Origin: Octopus sinensis
Lineage: Eukaryota
Length of the DNA stretch: 64,000 nucleotides
Direction: 5' to 3'
NCBI RefSeq assembly: GCF_006345805.1
Contig: NC_043000.1
Location: forward strand, 156,736,001-156,800,000
Below the pieces are notes generated by a model that searched no databases, was not told the origin of the DNA, and saw nothing but the letters and a program-made list of their open reading frames with translations. Within the stretch, counting starts at the first letter, position 1. Each line of letters starts with the position of its first letter. Made by a program: the position numbers and the translations under genes. Shown here one piece after another: positions 12,151 through 23,893 of this stretch.

Positions 12151-13034
12151 ACTCGATAGCCAGGACCTTCCTACTTCAGTATCATGATGATCTACTCTAC
12201 TTAACGGCAAAGCCAAATCTTTCAATAGACTCCTTAAAATCTTTGAAATATTGGTTACGTGTGCTATGTCTTCAATTTCCTTTTGCCATTTCACTTATGA
12301 AATAATAGTCATCTTAGAAGTTCCTCCGCAACCGGTACTGTGAAAGTTTTAAAGATTACATATCCGGTTCGCTAGACCAGTGGGCTTTTTGTATGAATTG
12401 GTCGATAACAACCGTCTTATTTAGGAAGATTGGTTACTCAGCCGTTGTAGGAGGTTTAACACTTGCAACAGCAGCAGCAATAGCAGCCACAGTGTCAGCT
12501 GTGAGAACTGTGCAGTAAGAGTAAAGGCAACAACAGTAAAGGCAAAGCAAAGCATAAAAAGAGTATCTATCACAACAGTAGTTGTTCCAGGTCCACTCCT
12601 TGTGTAGCGTTTAGTTAGAGTGACCAGAAATTGTATCGAGAACTCTGTAAAGTCTGCACGACCTCTGAGCTAAAAAATAAAAATAGTACTAGCTGACCAC
12701 GTTCCGTCAATTGTAGGAGTGACTGTGTGGTAAGTAGCTTACTTACCAATCACATGGTTCCGGGTCCAGTCTTCTACTTGTCGGTTAGTAAGGAGAGACA
12801 CAAATAAGAAAGAAGAAAACAAAGGACCACTGATGCGGTCTCAGGAGTTTGACGAAAGAACTCTGGCCGAAATAAGATTAAGATTAATGTAAAAAATAAA
12901 TAACACTGAAGCAAAATAACACCAAATATATAGTGGGTGTGTTTTTTTTTTATTGGCTAAACTGGCAAAATGACCATTCCGAAATATAAATTCACTATAA
13001 AATCATCTTAGCATTTTCTATTTTTGACTTGTTT

Positions 13035-13066
<32 letters not shown>

Positions 13067-13069
<3 letters not shown>

Positions 13070-13584
13070 GATGTTTCGCTTGTTTCGCACAAGTTTCCGT
13101 CGATTTCCTCCGTCGATTTCCGTAAAAACTTTTTATTTTTTACATAAGTAATGAGAGCGAAAGAGACTAAGAGAGGAAGCGATTTTATGACGAGGAAATT
13201 TCTCTTTGAAGTCCCCGTGTGTGTGTTTGATGGGGTGTGGGAGACAGAGTATGTTGTGTAAGTGAAGTGCTTCTGTTAGTGTGTGCGAAGAGACAGAGAG
13301 AGTAATGTGTGAAAGAGAGAGATAACTGAAATTTTTTACTCGGTGTATGTGTATATGTATGTCTGCATGTATGTGTGTGTGTATGTATCTATGTATGTGG
13401 TGTGTTGTATGTATGTGTGTGTGTATGTATGTGTGTATGTATGTATGTATGTATGTATGTATGTATGTATGTATGTATGTATGGCCGATTCAGTGTTTAC
13501 ATTTTTTACGGAAATCGACGGAGGAAATCGACAATCGACGGAGGAAATCGATTGAAAACGTGTTGCTACGACAAGCGAAACATC

Positions 13585-13587
<3 letters not shown>
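13067..13587. mobile_element. MITE with 17-bp TIRs inserted in (TA)n
   Basis: ggcgatgtttcgcttgt (13067-13083) / acaagcgaaacatcgcc (13571-13587); subterminal ccgtcgatttcc repeats inverted at both ends; (TA)n on both flanks. Confidence 0.88.
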
Positions 13588-13641
<54 letters not shown>

Positions 13642-13813
13642 GTGTGTGGTGTGTGTGTGGTATGTATGTATTATTTATGTAGTATGTATGTATGTATGTA
13701 TGTATATGTTGGTGTCTGTTTTTCCCCCGAACATCGCTTGACAACCGATGCTGGTGTGTTTACGTCCCCGTAACTTAGCGGTCCGGCAAAAGAGACCGAT
13801 AGAATAAGTACTG

Positions 13814-14097
13814 GAAGGTGTTTATAAGCCATTTAAAAAACACACACAAAATCGTCAGATTCAGTTCAACATTTAAATTTAATTCGTGTCAAAATATTTT
13901 CGTCGCTTTGAAACCGCGACGTGCTGAGCAGCACGAAACTTTGTTAGTGAACAAGTCGCGGTTTCAAGGTGTCGAAACAGCCTGAAATTTTGTCCGTTTC
14001 AAATATTTTGACATGAATTAAATTTAAATGTTGAAGTGAATCTGACGGTTTTTGTGTGTGCTTTTTGGGGTTTTTTTAATGGCTTATAGACACCTCC
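13814..14097. mobile_element. Foldback-type MITE with ~100-bp inverted arms
   Basis: aggtgtttataagccatt...aaaatattt...tgaaaccgcgac versus gtcgcggtttca...aaatattttgac...aatggcttatagacacct. Confidence 0.8.
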
Positions 14098-14212
14098 TAC
14101 ACTGCAATTGTTTTTGTTTCAGCATACGATCTGAGATCAGGTCACTTGCTATGCAAGTACCTCTCCGACAATTGTAGTGTTATTTCAGTTTGTTACTGTT
14201 CAAGAAAATGTT

Positions 14213-14643
14213 TAGGCGCAGGAGTGGCTGTGTGGTAAGTAGCTTGCTAACCAACCACATGGTTTGGGTTCAGTCCCACTGCGTGGCATTTGGGCAAGTG
14301 TCTTTGCTATAGCCCCGGGCCGACCATGCCTTGTGAGTGGATTTGGTAGACGGAAACTGAAAAAAGCCTGTCGTATATATGTAATATGTATATATAAATG
14401 TGTGTGTTGTGTGTGTGTTGTGTTGTTTGTGTGTTTGTGTTTGTCCCCCCAACATCACTTGACAACCGATGCTGGTGTGTTTACGTCTCCGTCACTTAGC
14501 GGTTCGGCAAAAGACACCGATAGAATAAGTACTGGGCTTACAAAGAATAAATCCCAGGGGCGATTTGCTCGACTAAAGGCGGTGCTCCAGCATGGCCGCA
14601 GTCAAATGACTGAAACAAGTAAAAGAGTAAAAGAGTAAAGAGT
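14213..14643 (+). mobile_element. Full-length SINE family A (a second copy follows at 14776-15155, and an antisense head half at 15170-15340)
   Basis: ggcgcaggagtggctgtgtggtaag...ggttcagtcccactgc head, internal microsatellite, gcttgacaaccgatgctgg...ccagcatggccgcagtc body, (gtaaaaga)n tail. Confidence 0.93.
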
Positions 14644-16196
14644 ATGTCAGCATTAGAGGTCTCAGAATGTATGAACTGACCACACTAATGCCTTCCTCTA
14701 GACAAACTTAATACAAAAATTAATTGGAGGAGTTAAAGAGTAAACACACACACTCACACATTTACACATTTATATATAGGCGGAAGATTGGGTGTGGCTG
14801 TGTGGCAAGAAGTTTGCTTCCCAACCACATAGTTCCGCGTTCAGTCCCACTGCGCCATAGGTCGACCAACGCTTTGTGAGTGGATTTAGTAGACAGAAAG
14901 TGAAAGAAGCCCGTCGTGCATATATATGTATGTATTTATGTATGTATTTGTGTTTATAGTCACCACACACACACACACACCATCGCTTGACAACCGATGT
15001 TAGCGAGTTTACACCCCCGTTACTTAACGGTTCGGCCAAAGAGACCAATAGAATAAGTACTAGGCTTACAAAGAATAAGTCCCGGGATCGATTTCTTTGA
15101 CTAAAAAAGGCGGTGCTCCAGCATGGCCGCAGTCACATGGCTGAAACAAGTAAAAGAAAAAAAATATATATATATACACACACGACAGGTTTCATTCACT
15201 TTCCGTCTACCAAATCCACTTAAAAGGTTTTGGTCGACCCTAAGCTATATTAGAAGAAACTTGTCCAAGGTACCATGCAGTGGGACTGAACCCGGAACCA
15301 TGTGGCTAGAAAGCAAGCTTTCTTACCACATAGCAACCACTGAGGCTGAGACCGCTTAGATCTCAAATGTTCTCGATCAGGTCTGGTTTTAAGTTGAATA
15401 ACAGAAATATTATCTATTATCAACATCGTTAATGATTTAGAGTCGTCAGCAATTTTTGTGAAGAATTCCATCATTTCATGAACTAATTGTTTTCGAAGCC
15501 AATCAATGGCACTTTATTGTCCACCCTTAATCAACACGAGTACAATATTGTTAGCGATAAGCACCTATTTCATTCATTTCATTATTCTATGAAATCATTC
15601 TCTATCTGTTTGCCTCATTAAATAAGCGAAGCTCTGAACACTTTGCCTAATTGCTCCTTTATATAATAGCAGCTCCTTCTAAGTTGCTCGGTAGCCATCA
15701 TTTACCTGCAGGCCTCAGGCCGCTGAAGATCAAACAGAACTTTAGCAGCATGGATCTCACTAGTCAAGAGGGGGGGAGGTCCAAAAAGGTCAAGGGAATT
15801 AAGCCACCATTATATCCCAGCTAAATAAAGAACAGCTTCTAACAAATTGTACTTAACATTCAGGTTTGCATTACCAGCCATGCTATTTCATTCATTCTGT
15901 TAATACTCATAGGAAATGTTTAAACATCAAAACAGCCGATAGGAAAAGAAATGTTAATGCACATTGATGGTAGACATAATCGATTACGAAAGGTCAGAAC
16001 GACTGAGTTTATTTATCACGTTGTGTGTATAATAACTGATTTTTCTTATTTGTCTAAGGTTTGTTCCTAAAGAATGTTGAAAGGAGATCGTGTTACTAAT
16101 CATTTTAGAAAAACTGTGAACAAACTTAATACTCTCGTCGATTATGTGTGTGTGTGCGCGCACGTGTGTGTGTGTGCGCACGTGTGTGTATTTATG

Positions 16197-16241
<45 letters not shown>

Positions 16242-16416
16242 ATAAAAACGGTAAGACAACAAAAGAATGAGACCTCGATATTATGTAAATAGAGGAATTT
16301 ATCTGTAAATGTAATATGTGACAATTATTCGGTAGCCATGATAAAACTCCGAGTTTCGAATGCCGAGGTGGAAATCCACGCTGCCATCTCTTCAGTTATC
16401 CGGCCATCGGATTTTT

Positions 16417-16517
<101 letters not shown>

Positions 16518-16579
16518 GTCATCCCATAAGTAATGTCTGAACTTCTATATTTTCAATTTGTAAAATTTCAATTTCTTTC

Positions 16580-17029
16580 TTTTACTTTCTTTTGCTTGCA
16601 GTCATTTGAATGTACCCATACTGGGGCGCCGCCTTTAGTCGAACAGATCGACCCCAAGACTTCTTCTTTGTAAGCCTAGTACTTATTTTATCGGTCTCTC
16701 AGTTGCCGAACCGCTAGAATACGGGAAGGTAAACACACCAACATCGGTTGCCAACCAAGTGATGGTGGGAAGACAAGCGCAGACATATAAATACATCCAC
16801 ACACACATGCACACACACACACAAGTGTATATATACGACGGGCTTCTTTTAGTTTCCGTCTATCAAATCCACTCACAAAACTTTGGTCGGCCCGAGGCTA
16901 TATAGTACAAGGCGCCATGCAGTGAAACTGAACCCAGAACCATGTGGTTGGGAAGAAGAAGAAGAAGAAGAAGAAGAAGAAGAAGAAGAAGAAGAAGAAG
17001 AAGAAGAAGAAGAAGAAGAAGAAGAAGAA
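16580..17029 (-). mobile_element. SINE family A, head truncated against an (AAG)n tract (16953-17029)
   Basis: Reverse complement matches the family A body and head. Confidence 0.88.
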
Positions 17030-17480
17030 AGTAACATTTGAAACGCAAAATACTGTAAATTTAAATTCCAAATTTATTTGAAAACTGTTACTGCTAAGAT
17101 ATTCGAGTTGAATTTGCAATTTTTAAAAATTTTTTATTGAATATTGATATCGTGTACGAGTTCAAATTTTCATTCGGAGTATCTTTTTTTTACTTTTTGT
17201 AACTATTTTCTTTTTTCCGTTTGTTTGTATTTTTCCATTTTACCTGAAATGAACCATTTCAAGTTTATTTGGGTTAAATTTCAAATCCGAAAAGAAACTG
17301 AAGAATATCGGAAGCCAAATTTCAACTGAAATTCCCAAAACACCTCGTAAAAATGCAATCTATTTGTTTATTTCTTCTTGATTCCTTACAACACTAAACC
17401 AACTTTAAGTTGTTGTTTAGCGTTGAGGCGCATCTCATATTTCATGATGTTATGCAATGGAATGATAATGTTACTTTTTA

Positions 17481-17713
17481 ATTCTTTTACTCGTTTCAGT
17501 CATTTGATTGCGGCCATGCTGGAGCACCACCTTGAAGGGTTTTAATCGAACAAATCGATCCAAAGAGCCTAGTACTTATTCTACCGGTTCTTTTTGCCGA
17601 AACGCTAAGTTACGCTGACGTAAATACACCAACATCGGCTGTCAAACGGTAATATGGGGACAAACACAGGCACAAAGGCATACATACATAGACACACACA
17701 CACATACACACAC

Positions 17714-17720
<7 letters not shown>
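17481..17720 (-). mobile_element. SINE family A, 3' half
   Basis: cttttactcgtttcagtcatttgattgcggccatgctggagcacc...ccaacatcggctgtcaa. Confidence 0.85.
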
Positions 17721-17766
<46 letters not shown>

Positions 17767-17774
17767 CATATAAT

Positions 17775-17893
17775 ATCACGTGATCACGTGACCGACCAGA
17801 CCATCAGATGTTGTTACACATCGCTGGTCACAATGCGTTCGCATCGTTCTAGCCTTCGAATGATGCCACCCTGCTGGCTAAGCGAGCAGGCCA

Positions 17894-17895
<2 letters not shown>
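17775..17895. mobile_element. Short unassigned repeat fragment flanked by (TA)n, with tandem CACGTG at one end
   Basis: atcacgtgatcacgtgaccgaccagaccatcagatg...gctaagcgagcaggcc; GC-richer island between TA runs. Possibly the 3' tail of a further SINE-D variant (unverified inference). Confidence 0.45.
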
Positions 17896-17933
<38 letters not shown>

Positions 17934-18024
17934 ATCCAAACGAGAAAACACAAAAAAACACAGCAACGCGAGGACGTGGAAGAAATAAAGTATTATTGGA
18001 CGCTCAGGAAAGAAGGGAAGGAGG

Positions 18025-18059
18025 GTTTAACGTTTCGAGCGGAGCTCTTCGTCGGAAAC
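18025..18059 (-). ncRNA. Minimal type I hammerhead motif in a Penelope pseudo-LTR (HHR-C; pLTR ~17930-18135)
   Basis: gttt CCGACGA a gagc-tcc-gctc GAAAC GTT aaac; palindromic stem III (AACGTT), as in dimeric PLE hammerheads. Confidence 0.65.
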
Positions 18060-18194
18060 AAAGGAGAAGGAAAGATCCCGAGAAGGGAAGACAGAGGGAA
18101 AAAAATTGCTTGCGGTGCTCACGAGGTCACATGTTTTATATATATAATATATATATATATATATACAGCGGGCTTCTTTCAGTTTCCGTCAACT

Positions 18195-18600
18195 ATATCA
18201 TGCCTCAAGGGCAGGTAGTTTGTGGTAGCCATTTTGGGATAACTGCTGATGATATGGCTAATATAACAGAGCTGCACAACGTGGGGTGTTTGTCTCTCTT
18301 GTTTATCAAGTATTTAAAAGGCATATCTTTTCTAAGTGGGATGTAATGTTTCTATCGCAAGTCCAGGAGAAGCTACTCCTCCTCTCAACGCTTTCTGACT
18401 TTCTAGATATGCACCCATTTTTCATGATATGATTTTTGTTGGGATGCAGCTTGCTTCTCCTTCAAGTTTCTGTTTAAGTAGGCCAATCCAGCCTCGTTTG
18501 GGTCGCATGAGACAGTTGTATTCTCAGAGTATCTGCACAGTAGTTCTTCTACTCTGAAGCTGCTGCTCTCACTCTTGAGTATGCATGGAAAGTATTCACT
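18195..18600 (-). pseudogene. Degenerate R4/Dong-type non-LTR element fragment (CCHC-RHD region)
   Basis: Minus strand SWTCDRNITSHLE..KYLINKRD..SHIISSYPKMATTNYLPLRHDIV aligns with the element at 46105-47500 (SWTNSQITTAHFE..KYLMDKRD..PHIISNCLKMSSR*YLLMRHD). Confidence 0.75.
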
Positions 18601-18634
18601 TCTTTCTTTACTGTTCAGCCGGTGTTGTCTAAGT

Positions 18635-19253
18635 CAGTGCTACTGAAAGTGGTGATCCGCGGACCGGTGCCGGTACGCGGCGGGTTTCCAGAAAAGAAAG
18701 AAATATTATAAAATGCTTATGTATTATTGTATTATTTGTATACAAAATAGATATAAGATAAAAATTGTCAGCTTTTATCTTATTCCTGTTACTGTTTACA
18801 TCTCGTTCAGAGATTTATTATTGCTTGCAGACAGTTTTTCGAAATCAGTGACAGTGGTTACTGGGAAAAACATTAAATAGATATTTGCAAACAGGTCTCT
18901 CTTCATCGAAAACCGGTGATTACCGTACGTTGACAAGAGGCAAATACCTCGAAACTGCAGTCCGTGCGTATCACTTAGGTTTGCGAGAGAGGGATGACCT
19001 CCCTTTGTAAATACCATAAGGGCACAGAAAGTGTGCCTAAAGCCAGCTGGAGACGATGATCTCCTGGGGCTAAAAGCTACAGTAACACCCACGCTTAGTG
19101 GTTAGCCATATTGAGATGGCTAGTGTACTTTACATTATATATATTGTTTCCGGTATAAATTAATATTACTAAGAAATATTACCGGTCTCTGGCATATTTG
19201 AAAGATAAAAGAAAACTTCCGGTACGCCACGCCAGATAGTTTGAGAGGCACTG
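18635..19253. mobile_element. Non-autonomous hAT (Charlie-like) element with 8-bp TSD
   Basis: Termini cagtgctactgaaag.../...gtttgagaggcactg; TSD gtctaagt / gtcaaagt (7/8). Confidence 0.8.
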
Positions 19254-19428
19254 GTCAAAGTGATACAATGCGACATTCAAAGGCTGTTTGGTTTAAAATG
19301 CCTCTACCGCCATCACTTCGTCTCGCATTAGCCCTGTCGGTGTCACTTTTAGTGTGGAAGTTGCCAGTGGTGCTCAGCACTTTCCGGTTTTCATGACCAG
19401 GCTGCGAATCATGTTGAATCGCTAGCTT

Positions 19429-19616
19429 CTGCACGCATTTTTTCTCTCCTTGTTTCTCTCCGTGTTTCTTTTCTGTGTTACTTTCTGTTGAAGAGCGTAG
19501 GCTCGAAACGTAAAAGACTTGTTTTATTTATATTCCTGAGCGCCATACTAATACAATTGTTTGTTTGTACTCCACCTGCCTTCGTCTTTTGTTTATTTTC
19601 ATAAAGCTTCCCGTTA
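19429..19616 (+). mobile_element. Penelope pseudo-LTR with minimal hammerhead HHR-B at 19481-19516
   Basis: cttt CTGTTGA a gagc-gtag-gctc GAAAC GTA aaag, then ttcctgagcg..ctaatac..ccacctgccttcgtcttttg, also found at 28030-28125, 48298-48450, 49868-49937, 51430-51497 and 55215-55378. Confidence 0.75.
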
Positions 19617-19635
19617 TGTATGTATGTATGTATGA

Positions 19636-19825
19636 GTTGTGTGGACGCCCACAGGCGATAGAGTAGGCAAGCCCAATACGTAGATAAAGAGGGAGAAGTC
19701 TAGACGTCAGAGTTGAGTAGAGGTCATCCGAACGTGCGATATAACTGTGCCGACGAGGATTTCGTAGCTCACACAGGCACTGTGTAGTATTGCGATATAA
19801 CAGTATGTATGTATGTATGAATGAA
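19636..19825 (+). mobile_element. Solo 3' end of an RTE-type LINE with (TATG)n tail
   Basis: ~170 bp homologous to the reverse complement of 41876-42056, which lies directly 3' of the RTE relic; both copies are followed by (TATG)n (directly here, after a ~70-bp spacer at 41810). Confidence 0.7.
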
Positions 19826-20329
19826 TGAATGTACAGATGCATGTGTGTGTGTGTGCGTGTGTATCAATCACTTCCGGAGAATCGGATTAATATCATAATC
19901 GCATTATGTATCAGAGTGGATGGATTGATGAATAAGTGGGAAAAATCAATTATATTCAATTATAGAACGAATTGTTGCGTCGCTGTTGAATGAAGCAAGT
20001 GTTCGGCTGCATATCATTGATCTTTCCCTTTGTTGTTGTTGTTGCGATTGTTGTTGTTGTTGCGATTTGTTGTTGTTGCGATTGTTGTTGTTACTGGTGT
20101 GTTGTCCTCATCGTCATCATTGCCTTCTTCTTCTTCTTCTTCTTCTTCTTCTTTTTCTTCTTCTTCTTCTGCTCCTCCTCAGTTGTCTCTTGGAATAAAT
20201 GAAGACGATGCATCAATTATTATTATTATTATTATCATCATTATTATTATTATATTATATTATTATTATTATTATTATTATTGTTGTTGTTGTTGTTATT
20301 GTTGTTGCTGTTGTTGTTGTTGTTATTGG

Positions 20330-20540
20330 TGAGGTAAGATGGCAGAGTTGTCAGCATTCCGAATAAAATGCTTGGTGGCATTTCGTCCATCTTCACGTTC
20401 TGAATTCAAATTCTGCCGAGATCGATTTTGCCTTTCATCCTTTCCGGGTTGATAAATTAAGTACCAGAGAAACACTGGGGTCGACATAATCGACTAGTTC
20501 CCCCGTGACAAATTTCAGGCCTTGTACCTTTTGTATAAAG
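20330..20540 (+). mobile_element. SINE family B monomer
   Basis: ttctgaattcaaattctgccgag...ttgcctttcatcctttccgggttgataaattaagtaccag...ctggggtcgac...aaatttcaggccttgt. Confidence 0.85.
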
Positions 20541-20598
20541 GATCATCATCATTATCATCATCGTCGTCGTCGTTGTTGTTGTTATTATTATTATTATT

Positions 20599-20636
<38 letters not shown>

Positions 20637-20640
20637 GTTG

Positions 20641-20672
<32 letters not shown>

Positions 20673-21150
20673 GCTTTTGCACAGCTTCTAACGCTGGAGA
20701 TGTACTATAGTGTCAGCTGTTCACTACAAGTGAACTAAGGTAACGCCTCTCAATTTTCGAGCACCTTCCAGAGTATTCGAGCGGTTCCAAGCAATGCTGT
20801 TTTCTGCAAGTGCTCCGCCCTTATTGCTGCCCTTATTTGTTCCGCGTACTTCTCAAGATCTTTGCTACCTTTTTCATCGACCACAACTGCTTAACTCACC
20901 AAGCTAACCTATCATATCTCTCGACTTTCCTTTCTTCCTTAACGCATACCTTGTTGTTAGCTGGGCATGCTATATCTTTTGATCCAGCATAGTTTGTTTT
21001 CTTTCTCAATTAAGACTATGTCTGGCTTCCTATTCTCTATCTCATGGTCGCACTAAATCATGAAATCCCATAGGATCTTTGCATTTCTATTTTCGACGAT
21101 GCCTTCAGGTTCGTGGTCGAAACCAGTTTTTTACTCTGTCAAGTCCATAT
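20673..21150 (-). mobile_element. 3' fragment of a Dong/R4-clade RLE retrotransposon embedded in (TAA)n
   Basis: Minus strand DHEPEGIVENRNAKILWDFMI*CDHEIENRKPDIVLIEKENKLC...QKTALLGTARILWKVL; 3' UTR ends gcaaaagc(aat)n; (ATT)n on both flanks. Confidence 0.85.
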
Positions 21151-21166
21151 TTTATTATTATTATTA

Positions 21167-21233
<67 letters not shown>

Positions 21234-21242
21234 CATCATCAT

Positions 21243-21278
<36 letters not shown>

Positions 21279-21602
21279 TATTATTGTTGTTGTTGTTGTT
21301 GTTGTTGTATTGTTGTTGCTGTTGCTGCTGCTGTCGTTTTTCTTTTTCGTTATTTTGTGGATTTCAAAAAAAAAAGGAATGGCAATGTTGTCATCGCTGG
21401 AATTCGAACTTTACGTTCTAAGATCAAATCCTGGTCTGGTTGAATTTGCCTTTCATACATTTTGGGGTTCATAAAATAGAATAATAAAATACTGGGGTCG
21501 ATGTAATTTTCAAGATTTGAACCATTGCTACAAACTACAGCAACAACAATAACTACTACTACTACTACTAACTACTACTATAAACATGCATGCATGCAGA
21601 TA

Positions 21603-21935
21603 TAGGCGTGAAATAGGCGCAGACCCGGCTGTGGGGTAAGAAGCTTGCTTCGTTACCTCATTGTTCTGGTTTCAGTCCCACTGCGGGACACTTTGTGCCA
21701 AAGTCTTCTACTATAGCCTCGGGTCGACCTTGTGAGTGGATTTCGTAGGTGGAAACTGAAAGAAGCCCGACGTAATTGCCGGTGTGTTTATATCGCCATT
21801 AATTAGCGTTTCGGCAAAAGATCGATAGAATAAGCACCAGGCTTTAAAAAGTACTGGGTTCGATACATTCGACTATAAATTCTTGAAGGCAATGCCCCAG
21901 CATGGCCGCAGTCTAATGGCTGAAACAAATAAATG
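21603..21935 (+). mobile_element. SINE family A, internally deleted
   Basis: Head and 3' body present, microsatellite segment missing. Confidence 0.8.
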
Positions 21936-22036
21936 ATAAAAGAAAAAATTTGCCCAGCCAGAGATGTAGGCAAAAACACTCAGAGGCTAACGTGCCTATA
22001 TAATGCGTTAAATATGAAGCCATACGCGCTTGTGTT

Positions 22037-22424
22037 GGATGGAAGCACTCCGTCGGTTACGACGACAAGGGTTCCGGTTGATCCGAATCAACGGAACAGC
22101 CTGCTCGTGAAATTAACGTGTAAGTGGTTGAGCACTCCACAGACACGTGCACCCTTAACGTAGTTCCCGGGGATATTCAGCGTGACACAGAGAGTGACAA
22201 GGCGGCCCCTTGAAATACAGGTACAACAGAAACAGGAAGTAAGAGTGAGAAAAAGTTGTGGTGAAAGAGTACAGCAGGGATCACCACCATCCCCTGCCGG
22301 AGCCTCGTGGAGCTTTTAGGTGTTTTCGCTCAATAAACACTCACAACGCCCGGTCTGGGAATCGAAACCGCGATCCTATGACCGCGAGTCCGCTGCCCTA
22401 ACCACTGGGCCATTGCGCCTCCAC
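22037..22424 (-). mobile_element. SINE family D, tail type 2, perfect 13-bp TSD
   Basis: TSD acgcgcttgtgtt at 22024-22036 and 22425-22437; same head and central domain as 9201-9505, unrelated tail. Confidence 0.92.
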
Positions 22425-22490
22425 ACGCGCTTGTGTTAGTATGTGTACGTATGCAAAAGTACATATACATATACATACGTATATATATAT

Positions 22491-22545
<55 letters not shown>

Positions 22546-22967
22546 TCGTTGCACATACACTGGTACATTTTCAAGGTCATGAGAAATACGCACAAATATC
22601 CTTTCATCCATGTATACGAACGCACGCATGCGCATACGAACCACCCACGCCTAAACGGACGCCCACGCTTAATAAACACATGCACATCCTCCACAAGCGA
22701 ATTCACTTTGTTCGCAGATATCCGTTATAAACAGTTGTGTCTGCAAGTATATGTACTTACGTAAAGTAAATGCATACGTGCTTACACACGCAGGCGCAGA
22801 TATGCACACGTTGATGCAGTTGGAAGAGCTGCTAGATATACATTCATATATATATATATATTGACATACATACATATATAGAATTATGTATGTATGTATA
22901 GTTATTCATATATATATATTTTTACATACACACACATATATATATAATATATAATATATGATATATG

Positions 22968-23047
<80 letters not shown>

Positions 23048-23049
<2 letters not shown>

Positions 23050-23278
23050 CTCTTTTACTCTTTTACTTGTTTCAGTCATTTGACTGCGGCCATGCTGGAG
23101 CACCGCCTTTAATCGAGCAACTCGACCCGGGGACTTATTCTTTTGTAAGCCCAGTACTTATTCTATCGGTCTCTTTTGCCGAACCGCTAAGTGACGGGGA
23201 CATAAACACACCAGCATCGGTTGTCAGACAATGCTAGGGGGACAAACACAGACACACAAACATACACACAAATACATA

Positions 23279-23326
<48 letters not shown>

Positions 23327-23452
23327 GACAGGCTTCTTTCAGTTTCCGTCTACCAAATCCACTCACAAGGCATTGGTCGGCCCGAGGCTATAGTAGAAGA
23401 CACTTGCCCAAGATGCCACGCTGTGGGACTGAACCCGGAACCATGTGGTTGG
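23048..23452 (-). mobile_element. SINE family A inserted in (TA)n
   Basis: Tail, body and most of head on the minus strand. Confidence 0.9.
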
Positions 23453-23672
23453 ATATATATATATATCAGTGTGTGTGTGTGTATGTATATTAATGCTTGT
23501 TTTTATATTCAGTTATAATATAAACAACTTTACATTAATATGATGTGTTAAGCTATACTTAAATGTGTTGCAAGTGACTTCGAAGCTTCGGCCAGCTAAA
23601 ACATCGCCCGACTGTATATATATCTATCTATATATTTATAAATATGTTTGTGCGTATGTATGTACGTGTATG

Positions 23673-23774
<102 letters not shown>

Positions 23775-23807
23775 AGTCTGTCTGTCTACCTACCTACCTA
23801 CCTACCA

Positions 23808-23893
<86 letters not shown>

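Noticed and set aside
12150-12660. Unique-looking segment as a coding exon (MKWQKEIEDIAHV...)
   Set aside because: No recognisable motif or convincing splice pair; the frame continues into pure repeat.
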